Shown here in pieces: positions 37,668 through 46,538 of a stretch of 64,000 nt of DNA. The stretch lies in IMG/VR virus record IMGVR_UViG_3300029288_007050, positions 1 through 64,000 of that record; one strand, written 5' to 3'. This DNA comes from a virus. Taxonomy: Duplodnaviria; Caudoviricetes. The position numbers and the translations under genes are program-made. The first letter of the stretch is position 1. Each line of letters opens with the position of its first letter. A model generated the notes under the pieces. It saw only the letters and a program-made list of their open reading frames with translations, searched no databases and was not told the origin of the DNA.

Positions 37668-38236
37668 CGATCGTCGGCCTTGGTAATATCGGTTCACAGA
37701 CGGCAGTAGCTTTGACTAGACTTGGACTTAAAGATTTTTATCTCTATGATCACGATAATATTGAAGAGCATAACATTGCTAGCCAAGTTTTCTACAGAAA
37801 TCAGTTGGGAAAACCGAAAACAGAGATGATCAAAAAGACAATGTTTAACATAAACAAGAATGTTTCTGTTTTAGCAGAAAAAAAGAAATATGATGGTGTT
37901 TTTCTCTTCAGTGATATATTGATTATAGCAGTTGATAGCATGAAAGAAAGAGTAAGAATCTGGAAAAATCTCCTTAAAAATAATATTCGTCCAGAACTTA
38001 TTATTGACGGTCGTATGGGTGGACCACAGTTAGAAATCTATACTTGCAGAACGTTAGAAGAATGGGAAGATACGTTTGTAGACAATCCATCTAAAGATCC
38101 ATGCGGAGCTAGGAGCATTTGCTACATTTCTATGATTATCGGTTCGTTGATTGCAAATCAAGTTAAACGATATTTAAAAGCTGAACGATATAAGAAAACG
38201 ATTTTATTTAATATTGATTCTTTGCAACTAATATGA
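37601..38236 (+). CDS. E1-like ThiF-family adenylyltransferase
   Basis: FRRQ, VGLGNIGS, YDHDNIEEHNIASQ, GKPK, AVDS..ER, DGRMG, candidate catalytic Cys DPCG; start GTG 37601 or ATG 37565. Confidence 0.88.
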   Translation: MVNINFRRQKDIFDPQIFQKTITIVGLGNIGSQTAVALTRLGLKDFYLYDHDNIEEHNIASQVFYRNQLGKPKTEMIKKTMFNINKNVSVLAEKKKYDGVFLFSDILIIAVDSMKERVRIWKNLLKNNIRPELIIDGRMGGPQLEIYTCRTLEEWEDTFVDNPSKDPCGARSICYISMIIGSLIANQVKRYLKAERYKKTILFNIDSLQLI

Positions 38237-38571
38237 GAAATATGTCAATAGGATTCATAAAAGATATAGACTTATTACCAAAAGATAACTATTGGTGGCA
38301 ATCTGAGACAGAAAAACGAGATAAAGAAATTCTGAAAATACTCGACAGACTGCATTTCAAGAAAGAATTCATGAGATTAGATATGCAACCAGAACATAGA
38401 TTGATGATTAGGTGCAATATATCGTTTACGAGGAGAGAATTATCAAGAATAAAATCAGTTAGAGAATTTCAAGAAATGTTAAAGCATAAACTCTTAGGCG
38501 CTCAAAAAGAATCAGAAAAATATTTTTCAGATTTAGTCAATAAAATATATGAAAATCATAAAACCTACTAA
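38233..38571 (+). CDS. hypothetical protein
   Basis: ORF coupled to E1 gene. Confidence 0.55.
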   Translation: MRNMSIGFIKDIDLLPKDNYWWQSETEKRDKEILKILDRLHFKKEFMRLDMQPEHRLMIRCNISFTRRELSRIKSVREFQEMLKHKLLGAQKESEKYFSDLVNKIYENHKTY

Positions 38572-38821
38572 AGGGAGAATATTAATAGAATTGAATAAAA
38601 AACCAGAAAAAACTACATCTGGTATAATTCTGCCAGATTCAAAAGAAGATGTCCAAACACAAGGCTCGATCATAGCAGTCGGTGAAGGCAGCAAATTTCA
38701 AATTGGTACGTCAGTCATCTTTAAAGAATATTCTTCTACAAAGATTAATAGAGACAAAGATACTTTTTTCATAATCGATGAAGAAGACATCATAGCTACA
38801 ATTGAAGATGAAATCAAATGA
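38549..38821 (+). CDS. groES: co-chaperonin GroES
   Basis: IKPTKGRILI, KTTSGIILP, AVGEG, EEDIIA. Confidence 0.92.
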   Translation: MKIIKPTKGRILIELNKKPEKTTSGIILPDSKEDVQTQGSIIAVGEGSKFQIGTSVIFKEYSSTKINRDKDTFFIIDEEDIIATIEDEIK

Positions 38822-39344
38822 AGTCAAGAAAAACTTATTATTTAGATTTCTGTATGGGAGGAGTTTCATATTCGCAACGACTGAAATGGGATTGTTTGAT
38901 GGTTTCAGCGTTGTGGCAGACGTCGTTGCATTAAGCAAAAAATACAAATTCTACGAAGTTGAAGTAAAAACGAATATAACAGATCTAAGAGGAGAATTAA
39001 AAACAGTTCAGAATATTCTTGAAGAAGGTATATCTGACATGCGTTTAGCGAAGTATTGCAAACATAGGATATATCTAAAAGACCCAGACAAAGACAATTT
39101 GTTTATACCTCATCGATTTTATTTTTCAGTACCATACGAACATAAAGAAGAAGCATTATCGACTTTGTCAAAAACGCCATACGGTTTAATGGATTTACAG
39201 GGAAACGTCTATAAAGTTGCAAGAGATTTGCATAAAAAACCAATCCAGAAAGATTTCATCGACAAGATGCTTCAAAGATTGTCAAGAGTAAATTATGATT
39301 TATTAGAAAAATATGACAAACGAAAAAATATTAGAACAATTTAG
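38802..39344 (+). CDS. PD-(D/E)XK nuclease (MmcB-like)
   Basis: ADV...EVEVK...D, RFYFSVP. Confidence 0.65.
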   Translation: MKMKSNEVKKNLLFRFLYGRSFIFATTEMGLFDGFSVVADVVALSKKYKFYEVEVKTNITDLRGELKTVQNILEEGISDMRLAKYCKHRIYLKDPDKDNLFIPHRFYFSVPYEHKEEALSTLSKTPYGLMDLQGNVYKVARDLHKKPIQKDFIDKMLQRLSRVNYDLLEKYDKRKNIRTI

Positions 39345-39909
39345 CGATGGCGTCAGAATGATAATGCTTTGTCAAAGAAATAAAGAAGGCAGAAACACGA
39401 ACAAAACAGATAGAGCAAGCATAAGAAAAATATCTACTAACAAAGAAGAGTTTTTAAAAATATATAATGAATTTTTAGAGATCAAGAATAACAGCAAAGA
39501 ACCGCTGAGAATCTATTCATCTGTAAACAAAAGAGACATCAATAAAGCAATTCGAACTTTTAAATTTGAACAGTTAGAAGCAGATTATTATGACGAAGAA
39601 AGCCGAAATAATTTTTATTTCGACATAAAAAATCGATGGATCAGTTGTCTAACTCAACAAAAATGCAAACTAGAATCTAATTTCTTGATTGATGCCGACT
39701 TTGAATTTGATAAAGAAAGCAAAGAAATTCTGAACAAAACAATTTTAGAAGACGTTCGTGCTGGTCTAAAAGACTTAAACGTTGAGATCTTATTAGAATA
39801 TCCGACGAAATCTGGATTCCATCTAGTCACCAAACCTTTTAATCCTTCTTTGTTTCCGCCAGCGCTGGGAGAAATTAAAAAAGATGCTTTATTATTATTA
39901 AGTTTTTAA
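39313..39909 (+). CDS. hypothetical protein with AEP/primase-like motifs
   Basis: FLIDAD and TKSGFHL. Confidence 0.5.
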   Translation: MTNEKILEQFSDGVRMIMLCQRNKEGRNTNKTDRASIRKISTNKEEFLKIYNEFLEIKNNSKEPLRIYSSVNKRDINKAIRTFKFEQLEADYYDEESRNNFYFDIKNRWISCLTQQKCKLESNFLIDADFEFDKESKEILNKTILEDVRAGLKDLNVEILLEYPTKSGFHLVTKPFNPSLFPPALGEIKKDALLLLSF

Positions 39910-39910
39910 C

Positions 39911-40126
39911 ATGAAAATAAATTTCAAAAACGTCTGGAATTATCTTCCGATTCTAAATCTTTACGTCGAAATACCTTTTATTTCTGTGCGTACCAGTCTA
40001 ATGAATAAAAGTTACGAAACAAGAGATATTCAATACATAATGTTAGATGTTAAGTTTTTCAAATGGTCATTCAGTATAAAGTTATACGACATATACAGAA
40101 GATACAGAGACAGAGACAATTATTAA
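39911..40126 (+). CDS. hypothetical protein
   Basis: short ORF. Confidence 0.45.
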   Translation: MKINFKNVWNYLPILNLYVEIPFISVRTSLMNKSYETRDIQYIMLDVKFFKWSFSIKLYDIYRRYRDRDNY

Positions 40127-40132
40127 AGGGTA

Positions 40133-40161
40133 TTTACAAAGGTTGCAAAGTATGGTATAAT
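40133..40161 (+). promoter_or_regulatory. sigma70-type promoter for Ro60 unit
   Basis: TTTACA-N17-TATAAT. Confidence 0.85.
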
Positions 40162-40194
40162 ATAGAATATAAAGGTTAATCTTCATTTATTATC

Positions 40195-41655
40195 ATGACA
40201 AAATTTCGAACAAAAGTATCAACAAAGACAGAAAATTTAGCGGGAGGAGAAGCATTTAAAGAATCAGATAAACTCGAACTGATTTCTTTACTTTTGACAT
40301 CTTTCGTTAAAGATAAGTTCTATGAATCTGCTGGAGAACAGCTAGTTAGATTAGAAGACTTAGTGAATAGAATCAAAGACAAGAAATTCATTGCAAAAGC
40401 TGCTATATATGCTAGAAAAGAATTCGGAATGAGAAGTATCACTCATGCTCTGTTAGCTGAATTATCTAAAATAGTTAAGGGCGAAAAATGGTTAAAGATT
40501 GCTATCCAAAAAGCATCATTCCGACCAGACGACATGATGGAAATGCTCGGATATTACCTTTCTAAATATCAAAAACCGATACCGAATTCTATGAAAAAAG
40601 GTCTTTCTCTTGCTTTAAAAAACTTCGATGCATATCAACTTGGTAAATATCGAGGTGAAAGAAGCGGATTAAGACTTGTAGACTTGTTCAACATCGTCCA
40701 TCCAAAACCATCTGATCCAGAAACAGAAGAACTATATAAAAAAATTATCGAAGACAAACTTCGTTCTTCTGATACTTGGGAAAAGAATATTTCAGACACT
40801 GGCCAGCAAGTTAAAAACATCGCTGACGCTGAACAAAGAGAAGAAAAACAGAAAGAACTTAAGTCTGATGCTTGGAGAAAACTTGTCTTAGAAAAGAAAC
40901 TTGGATATTTCGCATTGTTAAGAAATCTTAGAAATCTTTTAGAACAAGCTGATGATGAGACAATCGAAACTGCTTGCAAAACTTTAGTAGACAAAGAACT
41001 AATCAAAAAATCTCTTGTTCTTCCATTCAGATTTAATACTGCTGTGAAACAAATAGAAAGAACGTCGAACAAAAACACTAGATTAGTAGTAGATGCACTT
41101 CATAACGCTCTAGAACTGTCTCTAAGCAACGTTCCGAAATTTGATGGGAAAACATTAATCGTATTAGACGAAAGCGGTTCTATGAGAGGAAATCCGGAAG
41201 AAATAGGTTCTCTATTTGCTGCAGTCTTGTATAAATCGAACAATGCTGATTTGATGACGTTCTCTGAAGAAGCTAGATACAGAAATATACACTCTGGAGA
41301 TAGTGTTCTTACAATCGCAAAACAATTACAATCTGATTTCGTTGGAGGCGGAACTGATTTTCACAGTATTTTCAATTCTGCAAACCAGGTATATAATAGA
41401 ATCGTAATACTTTCTGATATGCAAGGATGGATCGGATACGAAAATCCGACTAAAGCGTTTGCAGAGTATAAAACAAGAGTTAATGCAAATCCACACGTAT
41501 ATTCTTTTGACTTGAATGGATATGGAACATTACAATTTCCAGAAAAACAAGTATATTGCATTACTGGATTTTCTGATAAAGTATTTGACATTATGAAAGT
41601 ACTCGAGCAAGATAGAAACGAATTGATCAATAAAATCGAAAAAATTGAACTTTGA
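40195..41655 (+). CDS. Ro60/Rsr TROVE-domain RNA-binding protein with vWA domain
   Basis: NLAGGEAF, FY, YARKEFGMRS, FDAYQLGKY, HPKP, TWE, ALLRNLRN, PFRF, MIDAS DESGSM, GGTD, SDMQ. Confidence 0.92.
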   Translation: MTKFRTKVSTKTENLAGGEAFKESDKLELISLLLTSFVKDKFYESAGEQLVRLEDLVNRIKDKKFIAKAAIYARKEFGMRSITHALLAELSKIVKGEKWLKIAIQKASFRPDDMMEMLGYYLSKYQKPIPNSMKKGLSLALKNFDAYQLGKYRGERSGLRLVDLFNIVHPKPSDPETEELYKKIIEDKLRSSDTWEKNISDTGQQVKNIADAEQREEKQKELKSDAWRKLVLEKKLGYFALLRNLRNLLEQADDETIETACKTLVDKELIKKSLVLPFRFNTAVKQIERTSNKNTRLVVDALHNALELSLSNVPKFDGKTLIVLDESGSMRGNPEEIGSLFAAVLYKSNNADLMTFSEEARYRNIHSGDSVLTIAKQLQSDFVGGGTDFHSIFNSANQVYNRIVILSDMQGWIGYENPTKAFAEYKTRVNANPHVYSFDLNGYGTLQFPEKQVYCITGFSDKVFDIMKVLEQDRNELINKIEKIEL

Positions 41656-41656
41656 T

Positions 41657-41850
41657 AAAAATCGAGCAGTGAGGTGAGAGCTACTTCGCAATGAAAATTG
41701 CTTACTTATCTTTTGGCTAATAACCAAAATGAACTAAGTTCGTCTCTTCGGAGGCAAAACTTAACAATTGCTCTTAGAGAGAAATCTCTATAGCAGAGGT
41801 TCCACGAGTTTCCTTAAAACTCTACTCTCACCATATTTCTCTCGATTTTT
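41657..41850 (+). ncRNA. Y-RNA-like RNA 1
   Basis: Ends pair (AAAAATCGAG/CTCGATTTTT; GGTGAGAG/CTCTCACC); TACTTCG motif; starts right after Ro60 stop. Confidence 0.65.
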
Positions 41851-41859
41851 TATTACTCA

Positions 41860-41896
41860 TACACAGAGAATACATCGAACCCGGTTCTACTGTGTA
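41860..41896 (+). ncRNA. short Y-RNA-like hairpin 2
   Basis: TACACAG-AGAA/TTCT-A-CTGTGTA with TACATCG variant motif. Confidence 0.4.
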
Positions 41897-41919
41897 AATA
41901 ACCGATCCCTTCTGATCCC

Positions 41920-41994
41920 AGTGAGAAGTGATGAAAGAGATACTTCGCAAGTGTTAATTGCAACTAGTCTACCTCTTTCAAATTTTCTCTCACT
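41920..41994 (+). ncRNA. Y-RNA-like RNA 3
   Basis: AGTGAGA/TCTCACT and TGAAAGAG/CTCTTTCA stems; TACTTCGCAA...TTGC shared with RNA 1. Confidence 0.65.
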
Positions 41995-41995
41995 A

Positions 41996-42060
41996 CGCAG
42001 AAAAGGAATCTATTGTAAACATTTACTTTAGAAGATGGTTCGAATCCATCAATCTGCGCA
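41996..42060 (+). ncRNA. degenerate tRNA-like element
   Basis: Perfect T arm GATGG-TTCGAAT-CCATC, CGCAGA/TCTGCG acceptor-like stem; no anticodon arm. Confidence 0.5.
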
Positions 42061-42074
42061 TCTTTTTATTTTTT

Positions 42075-42581
42075 ATGAATACTCAAACTATTCCTACAGA
42101 ATCCAAGTTAAAAGAATTTTTGAAAGAATCCAATGCTATCGAAAATGTTCGTTCTATTGGAGCTTTCAAAGATGCATGGAAAGCTTGGAAGTTTTTAATT
42201 TGTTTTGATGAATTAACTTTAAGCAGAATTCTTGAATGCCACAGAATAATGATGTTAGAACAAAACAAAAGAATCGCTGGTAAAATCAGAAAAGTGAATG
42301 TTAGAGTTGGTTTCTCAGTAAAGTTAGATTTTAGAAAAGTACCAGAAAGATTAGACAGTCTTTTAAAAAAATATCCCGTGACAGAAGAACAAATCAAAGA
42401 ATGGCATATTGAATTTGAAAATATTCATCCTTTCGAAGATGGAAATGGTAGAATCGGACGCATAATTATGAATTGGCAAAGAGTAAAAAGAGACTTACCG
42501 ATTCTAGTCATACATGAAGGAGAAGAACAATTTCAATATTACGAGTGGTTCCAGAGTTTTAAAGTAAATAATATCTTATAA
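42075..42581 (+). CDS. Fic-domain protein
   Basis: ESNAIE, HPFEDGNGRIGR. Confidence 0.92.
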   Translation: MNTQTIPTESKLKEFLKESNAIENVRSIGAFKDAWKAWKFLICFDELTLSRILECHRIMMLEQNKRIAGKIRKVNVRVGFSVKLDFRKVPERLDSLLKKYPVTEEQIKEWHIEFENIHPFEDGNGRIGRIIMNWQRVKRDLPILVIHEGEEQFQYYEWFQSFKVNNIL

Positions 42582-42591
42582 ACATTTTTCT

Positions 42592-43581
42592 ATGGAAAAA
42601 GAAAGTTTAAATAACATCATAAAAAATCTAGAAAAGAAATACGGAGAAGGAACGATAATGAAATTCACGAACAAAAAGACGATTGACATCGAAACGATAC
42701 CGACAGGTTCTATAAGTTTAGATTATGCATTAGGTGTAGGTGGTATACCCAGAGGTAGAATAATCGAAATATTCGGACCAGAATCTTCTGGTAAAACGAC
42801 TTTAGCTTTAAGCATTATCGCACAAGCTCAGAAAAAAGGAATTACGTGTGCATTTGTAGATGCTGAGCATTCTCTCGATCCAGATTATTCTAGAAATATT
42901 GGAGTCGATCTAACTAAAATGTTTATCTCGCAACCAAATAGCGGAGAACAAGCATTAGACGTAGTTGAAGGTTTTGTAAAATCACGCGAAGTTGGATTAG
43001 TTGTCGTCGATTCTGTTGCTGCTCTTACTCCACAAGCAGAAATAGATGGAGTAATGGGACAATCACATATCGGATTGTTAGCACGATTGATGTCACAAGC
43101 TCTTAGAAAATTGACAGCGATCGCAGCTCAAACAAAAACGACTATTATATTTGTAAATCAAATCAGAATGGCAATTGGAGTCAAATGGGGAAATCCAGAA
43201 GTCAGCACTGGTGGTGTAGCATTGAAATTTTATACTTCGCAAAGAATAGAAGTGAGAAGAGCTGTAAAACTCAAAAAGGCAGAAGAAATTATAGGCAATC
43301 GTGTAAAAATAAAAATTGCTAAAAATAAATTAGCAGCTCCTTTCAAAATGACTGAACTTGATATAATATTCAATAAAGGGATCTCTCTTGAAACTGACGT
43401 ACTTAATTTTGGTCTTAAAAAAGAAGTAATTAAAAAAGAAGGAACTTCATTAATATTCGGTAAAGAAAAACTGGGTAGAGGTTTAGAGAGTGCTAAAATA
43501 TATCTAGAATCAAAACCAGAATTAGTAGAATTGATCATCAAAGCAATAAAAGAAAAAAATGAAGAAACTAAGTCTAAATAA
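42592..43581 (+). CDS. recA: recombinase RecA
   Basis: GPESSGKTT, DAEH, VDSVAAL, ARLMSQALRK, GGVALKFY. Confidence 0.96.
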   Translation: MEKESLNNIIKNLEKKYGEGTIMKFTNKKTIDIETIPTGSISLDYALGVGGIPRGRIIEIFGPESSGKTTLALSIIAQAQKKGITCAFVDAEHSLDPDYSRNIGVDLTKMFISQPNSGEQALDVVEGFVKSREVGLVVVDSVAALTPQAEIDGVMGQSHIGLLARLMSQALRKLTAIAAQTKTTIIFVNQIRMAIGVKWGNPEVSTGGVALKFYTSQRIEVRRAVKLKKAEEIIGNRVKIKIAKNKLAAPFKMTELDIIFNKGISLETDVLNFGLKKEVIKKEGTSLIFGKEKLGRGLESAKIYLESKPELVELIIKAIKEKNEETKSK

Positions 43582-43990
43582 TGTCAAGACACAGATTGAT
43601 AAGTTCATTGATTCACATATAGCTTTTTTCAAAGATATCGATTTCGTAATAGGTATGAGTCGAGGTGGTCTCATACCAGCTGTCCTTGTTTCGACAAAAC
43701 TCAATAAACCTCTCATTACAGCTTATATTAACAAAAAAGATGAAATATTTTTTGACAGAGCAGAATGGATAAAAGACCAGAAAATTCTGATAGTCGACGA
43801 TATAGTAAGATCTGGTAAAACGATGTATCTTTTAAAACAACATTTAGAAAAATACTCAGAACCGAAGTCGATCAAAATGTACGCTGTGTTTTCCGTCGTG
43901 CCAATGAGAGATAGATCTTACAATCTTATGGTATCAGCGATTGAAATCAAAAAAGACACAAATCTTCCCTGGGATTACGATAGACAATAA
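43559..43990 (+). CDS. type I phosphoribosyltransferase
   Basis: SRGGLIPA, LIVDDIVRSGKT, PW. Confidence 0.88.
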   Translation: MKKLSLNNVKTQIDKFIDSHIAFFKDIDFVIGMSRGGLIPAVLVSTKLNKPLITAYINKKDEIFFDRAEWIKDQKILIVDDIVRSGKTMYLLKQHLEKYSEPKSIKMYAVFSVVPMRDRSYNLMVSAIEIKKDTNLPWDYDRQ

Positions 43991-44166
43991 TAAACATCAA
44001 GTCTTATAAGGAAAGCTCTCTACACACGTTCTATGGCGCTGAGATGATTCAAAAGACTGATCGTTCACAACTTTATATTCGTTTTTGATGAAGTGTTGTA
44101 TAATAACATAATATCTTTTCAATTCATTTATATGTCGACTTAATTTTTAATAAAAATAATATTTCG

Positions 44167-44643
44167 ATGAGCATTGATAAACTTAGACTAAGTAGCGTAC
44201 GTGAAGAAATGCTATTTCTTCACAGAAATAAAGTCAAAGATTTGTATAAAGACGGTTATAGTCTAGGCGATATATGCAGAGAATTATGTTTAGATATATC
44301 TTCAGTTTTGTATATTTTAAGAAAAAGTAAATTAAAAAAACAAACACTTTATAAAATATACGAAGACCAGTTAACAAGAAATGATGAAAAACAGAACGAA
44401 TTATTCAGTGAAGAAGAAAAGTTTTACATAGATAAATTTTTTCCACATTCAGATTCAAATAATTTTTCAACTAGTTATTTTTGGTTCTGGCGAAAAAACT
44501 TTAAAAAAGATCAAGAAAAGAAGAAACATTGTAAACATCAAATAAGAACAATTCACTGTAGTATTTGCAATAAAACTTTAGGTGACGCTTCAAACATCCC
44601 ACTTCCAAATGAAGTAATTATAACAAAAAATGATCAAGTTTAA
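44167..44643 (+). CDS. HTH-containing hypothetical protein
   Basis: LYKDGYSLGDICREL...VLYIL. Confidence 0.6.
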   Translation: MSIDKLRLSSVREEMLFLHRNKVKDLYKDGYSLGDICRELCLDISSVLYILRKSKLKKQTLYKIYEDQLTRNDEKQNELFSEEEKFYIDKFFPHSDSNNFSTSYFWFWRKNFKKDQEKKKHCKHQIRTIHCSICNKTLGDASNIPLPNEVIITKNDQV

Positions 44644-44956
44644 TCTTTCAATTCATATCGACAAACCATTCTGGTTAGCAAGAATTTTTCCCTGTAAACA
44701 TGAAGTCGTTTTAGTAGAAGAAAATCCCATGTCTAGATATGGTACACATACATCATATATGATGTGTAAAAAATGTGGTAGAAAATCCGATGAAATCAGT
44801 AAAAATTGCAAACATGTCGAAGACGTGTTCGGTCGATGCATTTATTGCTTAGAAAGAATAAGTAAACATGACTGCAAACACGAAAAATGGAATAAGGAAC
44901 CAGACACTGACGAATATTACTGTGACAATTGTGGTGAATGGAAAGATGAAATATAA
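44630..44956 (+). CDS. Cys/His-rich protein with three CKH..CxxC repeats
   Basis: CKHE..CKKC; CKHV..CIYC; CKHE..CDNC. Confidence 0.6.
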   Translation: MIKFNLSIHIDKPFWLARIFPCKHEVVLVEENPMSRYGTHTSYMMCKKCGRKSDEISKNCKHVEDVFGRCIYCLERISKHDCKHEKWNKEPDTDEYYCDNCGEWKDEI

Positions 44957-44980
44957 TTATTAACTAATAAATAACTAAAA

Positions 44981-45163
44981 ATGGACCAAATAATCAAATG
45001 CAAAGATTGCGGAAAAGATTTCGTCTTCTCAGAAGAAGAACAGAAATTCTTCCAAAAGTTAGTTGAAGACGGCAAAATACAAACCTTCGTTCCACCGAAG
45101 AGATGTAAAAGCTGTCGCCAAGCTAATAAAAAGCTAAAACAAAGTCGCAATTACCAATCTTAA
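44981..45163 (+). CDS. CxxC-x17-CxxC type zinc-ribbon protein
   Basis: IKCKDCGKDFVFSEEEQKFF...PKRCKSCR. Confidence 0.8.
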   Translation: MDQIIKCKDCGKDFVFSEEEQKFFQKLVEDGKIQTFVPPKRCKSCRQANKKLKQSRNYQS

Positions 45164-45173
45164 TCTTCTCAAA

Positions 45174-45500
45174 ATGAAAAAAGAAATAGATCAAAGAAAT
45201 AAAGAAGACTTGCTGATTCGTTGCAACTGTGGTAGTGACCATTTCCTGAGTTTCTCTTTTATAACAGACAAAGATAATTTTGGTGACGAGGGAGAAAAAC
45301 AAAAGAAGAATAAAGGTTGGAAAGATTACTGGATAGGTTTAATAGAAGATTATAAACCAAGTTTCTGGTTTAGACTGAAGAACTGTTATAAATATCTTTT
45401 CAGACACGGCAAAGCTGAAATATGTTATGCTGCGATCGGTATCACTTCTAAAGATATGGATAAAATCATGAAGCATTTCAAGAAATACCAGGCATTATAG
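45174..45500 (+). CDS. hypothetical protein
   Basis: ORF in operon. Confidence 0.6.
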   Translation: MKKEIDQRNKEDLLIRCNCGSDHFLSFSFITDKDNFGDEGEKQKKNKGWKDYWIGLIEDYKPSFWFRLKNCYKYLFRHGKAEICYAAIGITSKDMDKIMKHFKKYQAL

Positions 45501-45526
45501 AAATATTATTAATCAAGACAACATCT

Positions 45527-45976
45527 ATGGGAAGAAAAGCTAAATTTTGTTTCGTGCCAGTCAGCGCGTCACGAAGAAAAAAACAAGAATTAGAAGCTAC
45601 AGTCACTATAAACAAAAAAGGGATGATTTTCTTTTCAAAAGGTTATTTAGAAAATCATGGAGCGATTGGTAAATTCATCAAATTTTATGTCGATTCTAGT
45701 AAAAGAGCTTTAGCTTGGAGATTGTTTGCTTCATTAAACGACCTTAAAAAACTAAAGAAAAGAGAAATTCGAATGCTTAAGAAAAACAAAGCTGGTGTGT
45801 GCACTCTTCAAATAAAAGGCGTTTTAGAAGAACTTAGACTCGAACCAAAAAACTACAAGAAACTACCAGTTAGAGAATATAGAGATCTTTTAGACGGAAC
45901 ATATCAGTACGTTCAATTCTCCTATCCAGAATACACGAAAAGCAATAACGAAGAAAAAGAAGAAAATGAAGAATAA
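45527..45976 (+). CDS. basic hypothetical protein
   Basis: ORF in operon. Confidence 0.6.
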   Translation: MGRKAKFCFVPVSASRRKKQELEATVTINKKGMIFFSKGYLENHGAIGKFIKFYVDSSKRALAWRLFASLNDLKKLKKREIRMLKKNKAGVCTLQIKGVLEELRLEPKNYKKLPVREYRDLLDGTYQYVQFSYPEYTKSNNEEKEENEE

Positions 45977-46355
45977 AATAAATGAGAAAAGATTGAGAGT
46001 CTGTTTTGACATCGATGACACTTTGTATAAAATAAGAATGGATAAACGTGATCAGGTGCCTGACTATGATTTAATTCAAGTTCTACGCTGGTTTTGTCAA
46101 AATGGAGACGATGTATATGTATGGTCTGCGGGCGGTATAGAATATGCAAAGGTTTTTGTACAAAAATTAGGTTTAGACGATATCGTTACAGTAGTTGAAA
46201 AAGGCTCATTCAAACCAGACATTGCTTTTGACGACTGTGAAACAAAGTTAGGTAGAGTAGACATCAAAGTCAAAAGAGAAACGACTGAAGAAGATATAAT
46301 GAATATCGCTAAACCAAACGTTAAAAAATTTGTCGATGAAGAAAGACTTATTTAA
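45966..46355 (+). CDS. small HAD-family phosphatase
   Basis: FDIDDTL, WSAGG, K, FDD. Confidence 0.8.
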   Translation: MKNKINEKRLRVCFDIDDTLYKIRMDKRDQVPDYDLIQVLRWFCQNGDDVYVWSAGGIEYAKVFVQKLGLDDIVTVVEKGSFKPDIAFDDCETKLGRVDIKVKRETTEEDIMNIAKPNVKKFVDEERLI

Positions 46356-46536
46356 TAAAAAACTTAAAAAATTAGAGAAACTGACAGAAGAAGACTTAAT
46401 GAAGTGTTCAAAATGCGGTGCAAGATTTGTACCAGATAAAGAATCTTTAAATTTCATTACTAAAAAATGGGACGGTCATACATATAAACCAAACTGTAAG
46501 TGTATGAATAAAAATATTAGATTCTGTGTTGGTTAA
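46336..46536 (+). CDS. small Zn-binding protein
   Basis: CSKC...CKC. Confidence 0.5.
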   Translation: MKKDLFNKKLKKLEKLTEEDLMKCSKCGARFVPDKESLNFITKKWDGHTYKPNCKCMNKNIRFCVG

Positions 46537-46538
46537 GG

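Noticed and set aside
35809-38236. ThiS/ThiF thiamine or MoaD/MoeB cofactor pathway
   Set aside because: No thiG/moaE-type partners in the window and an E2-like gene is present; kept only as the alternative hypothesis.
41768-42074. ORF 41768-42031 and the 5' extension of the Fic ORF
   Set aside because: Overlap the structured Y-RNA-like array; TTG starts; Fic better starts at ATG 42075.
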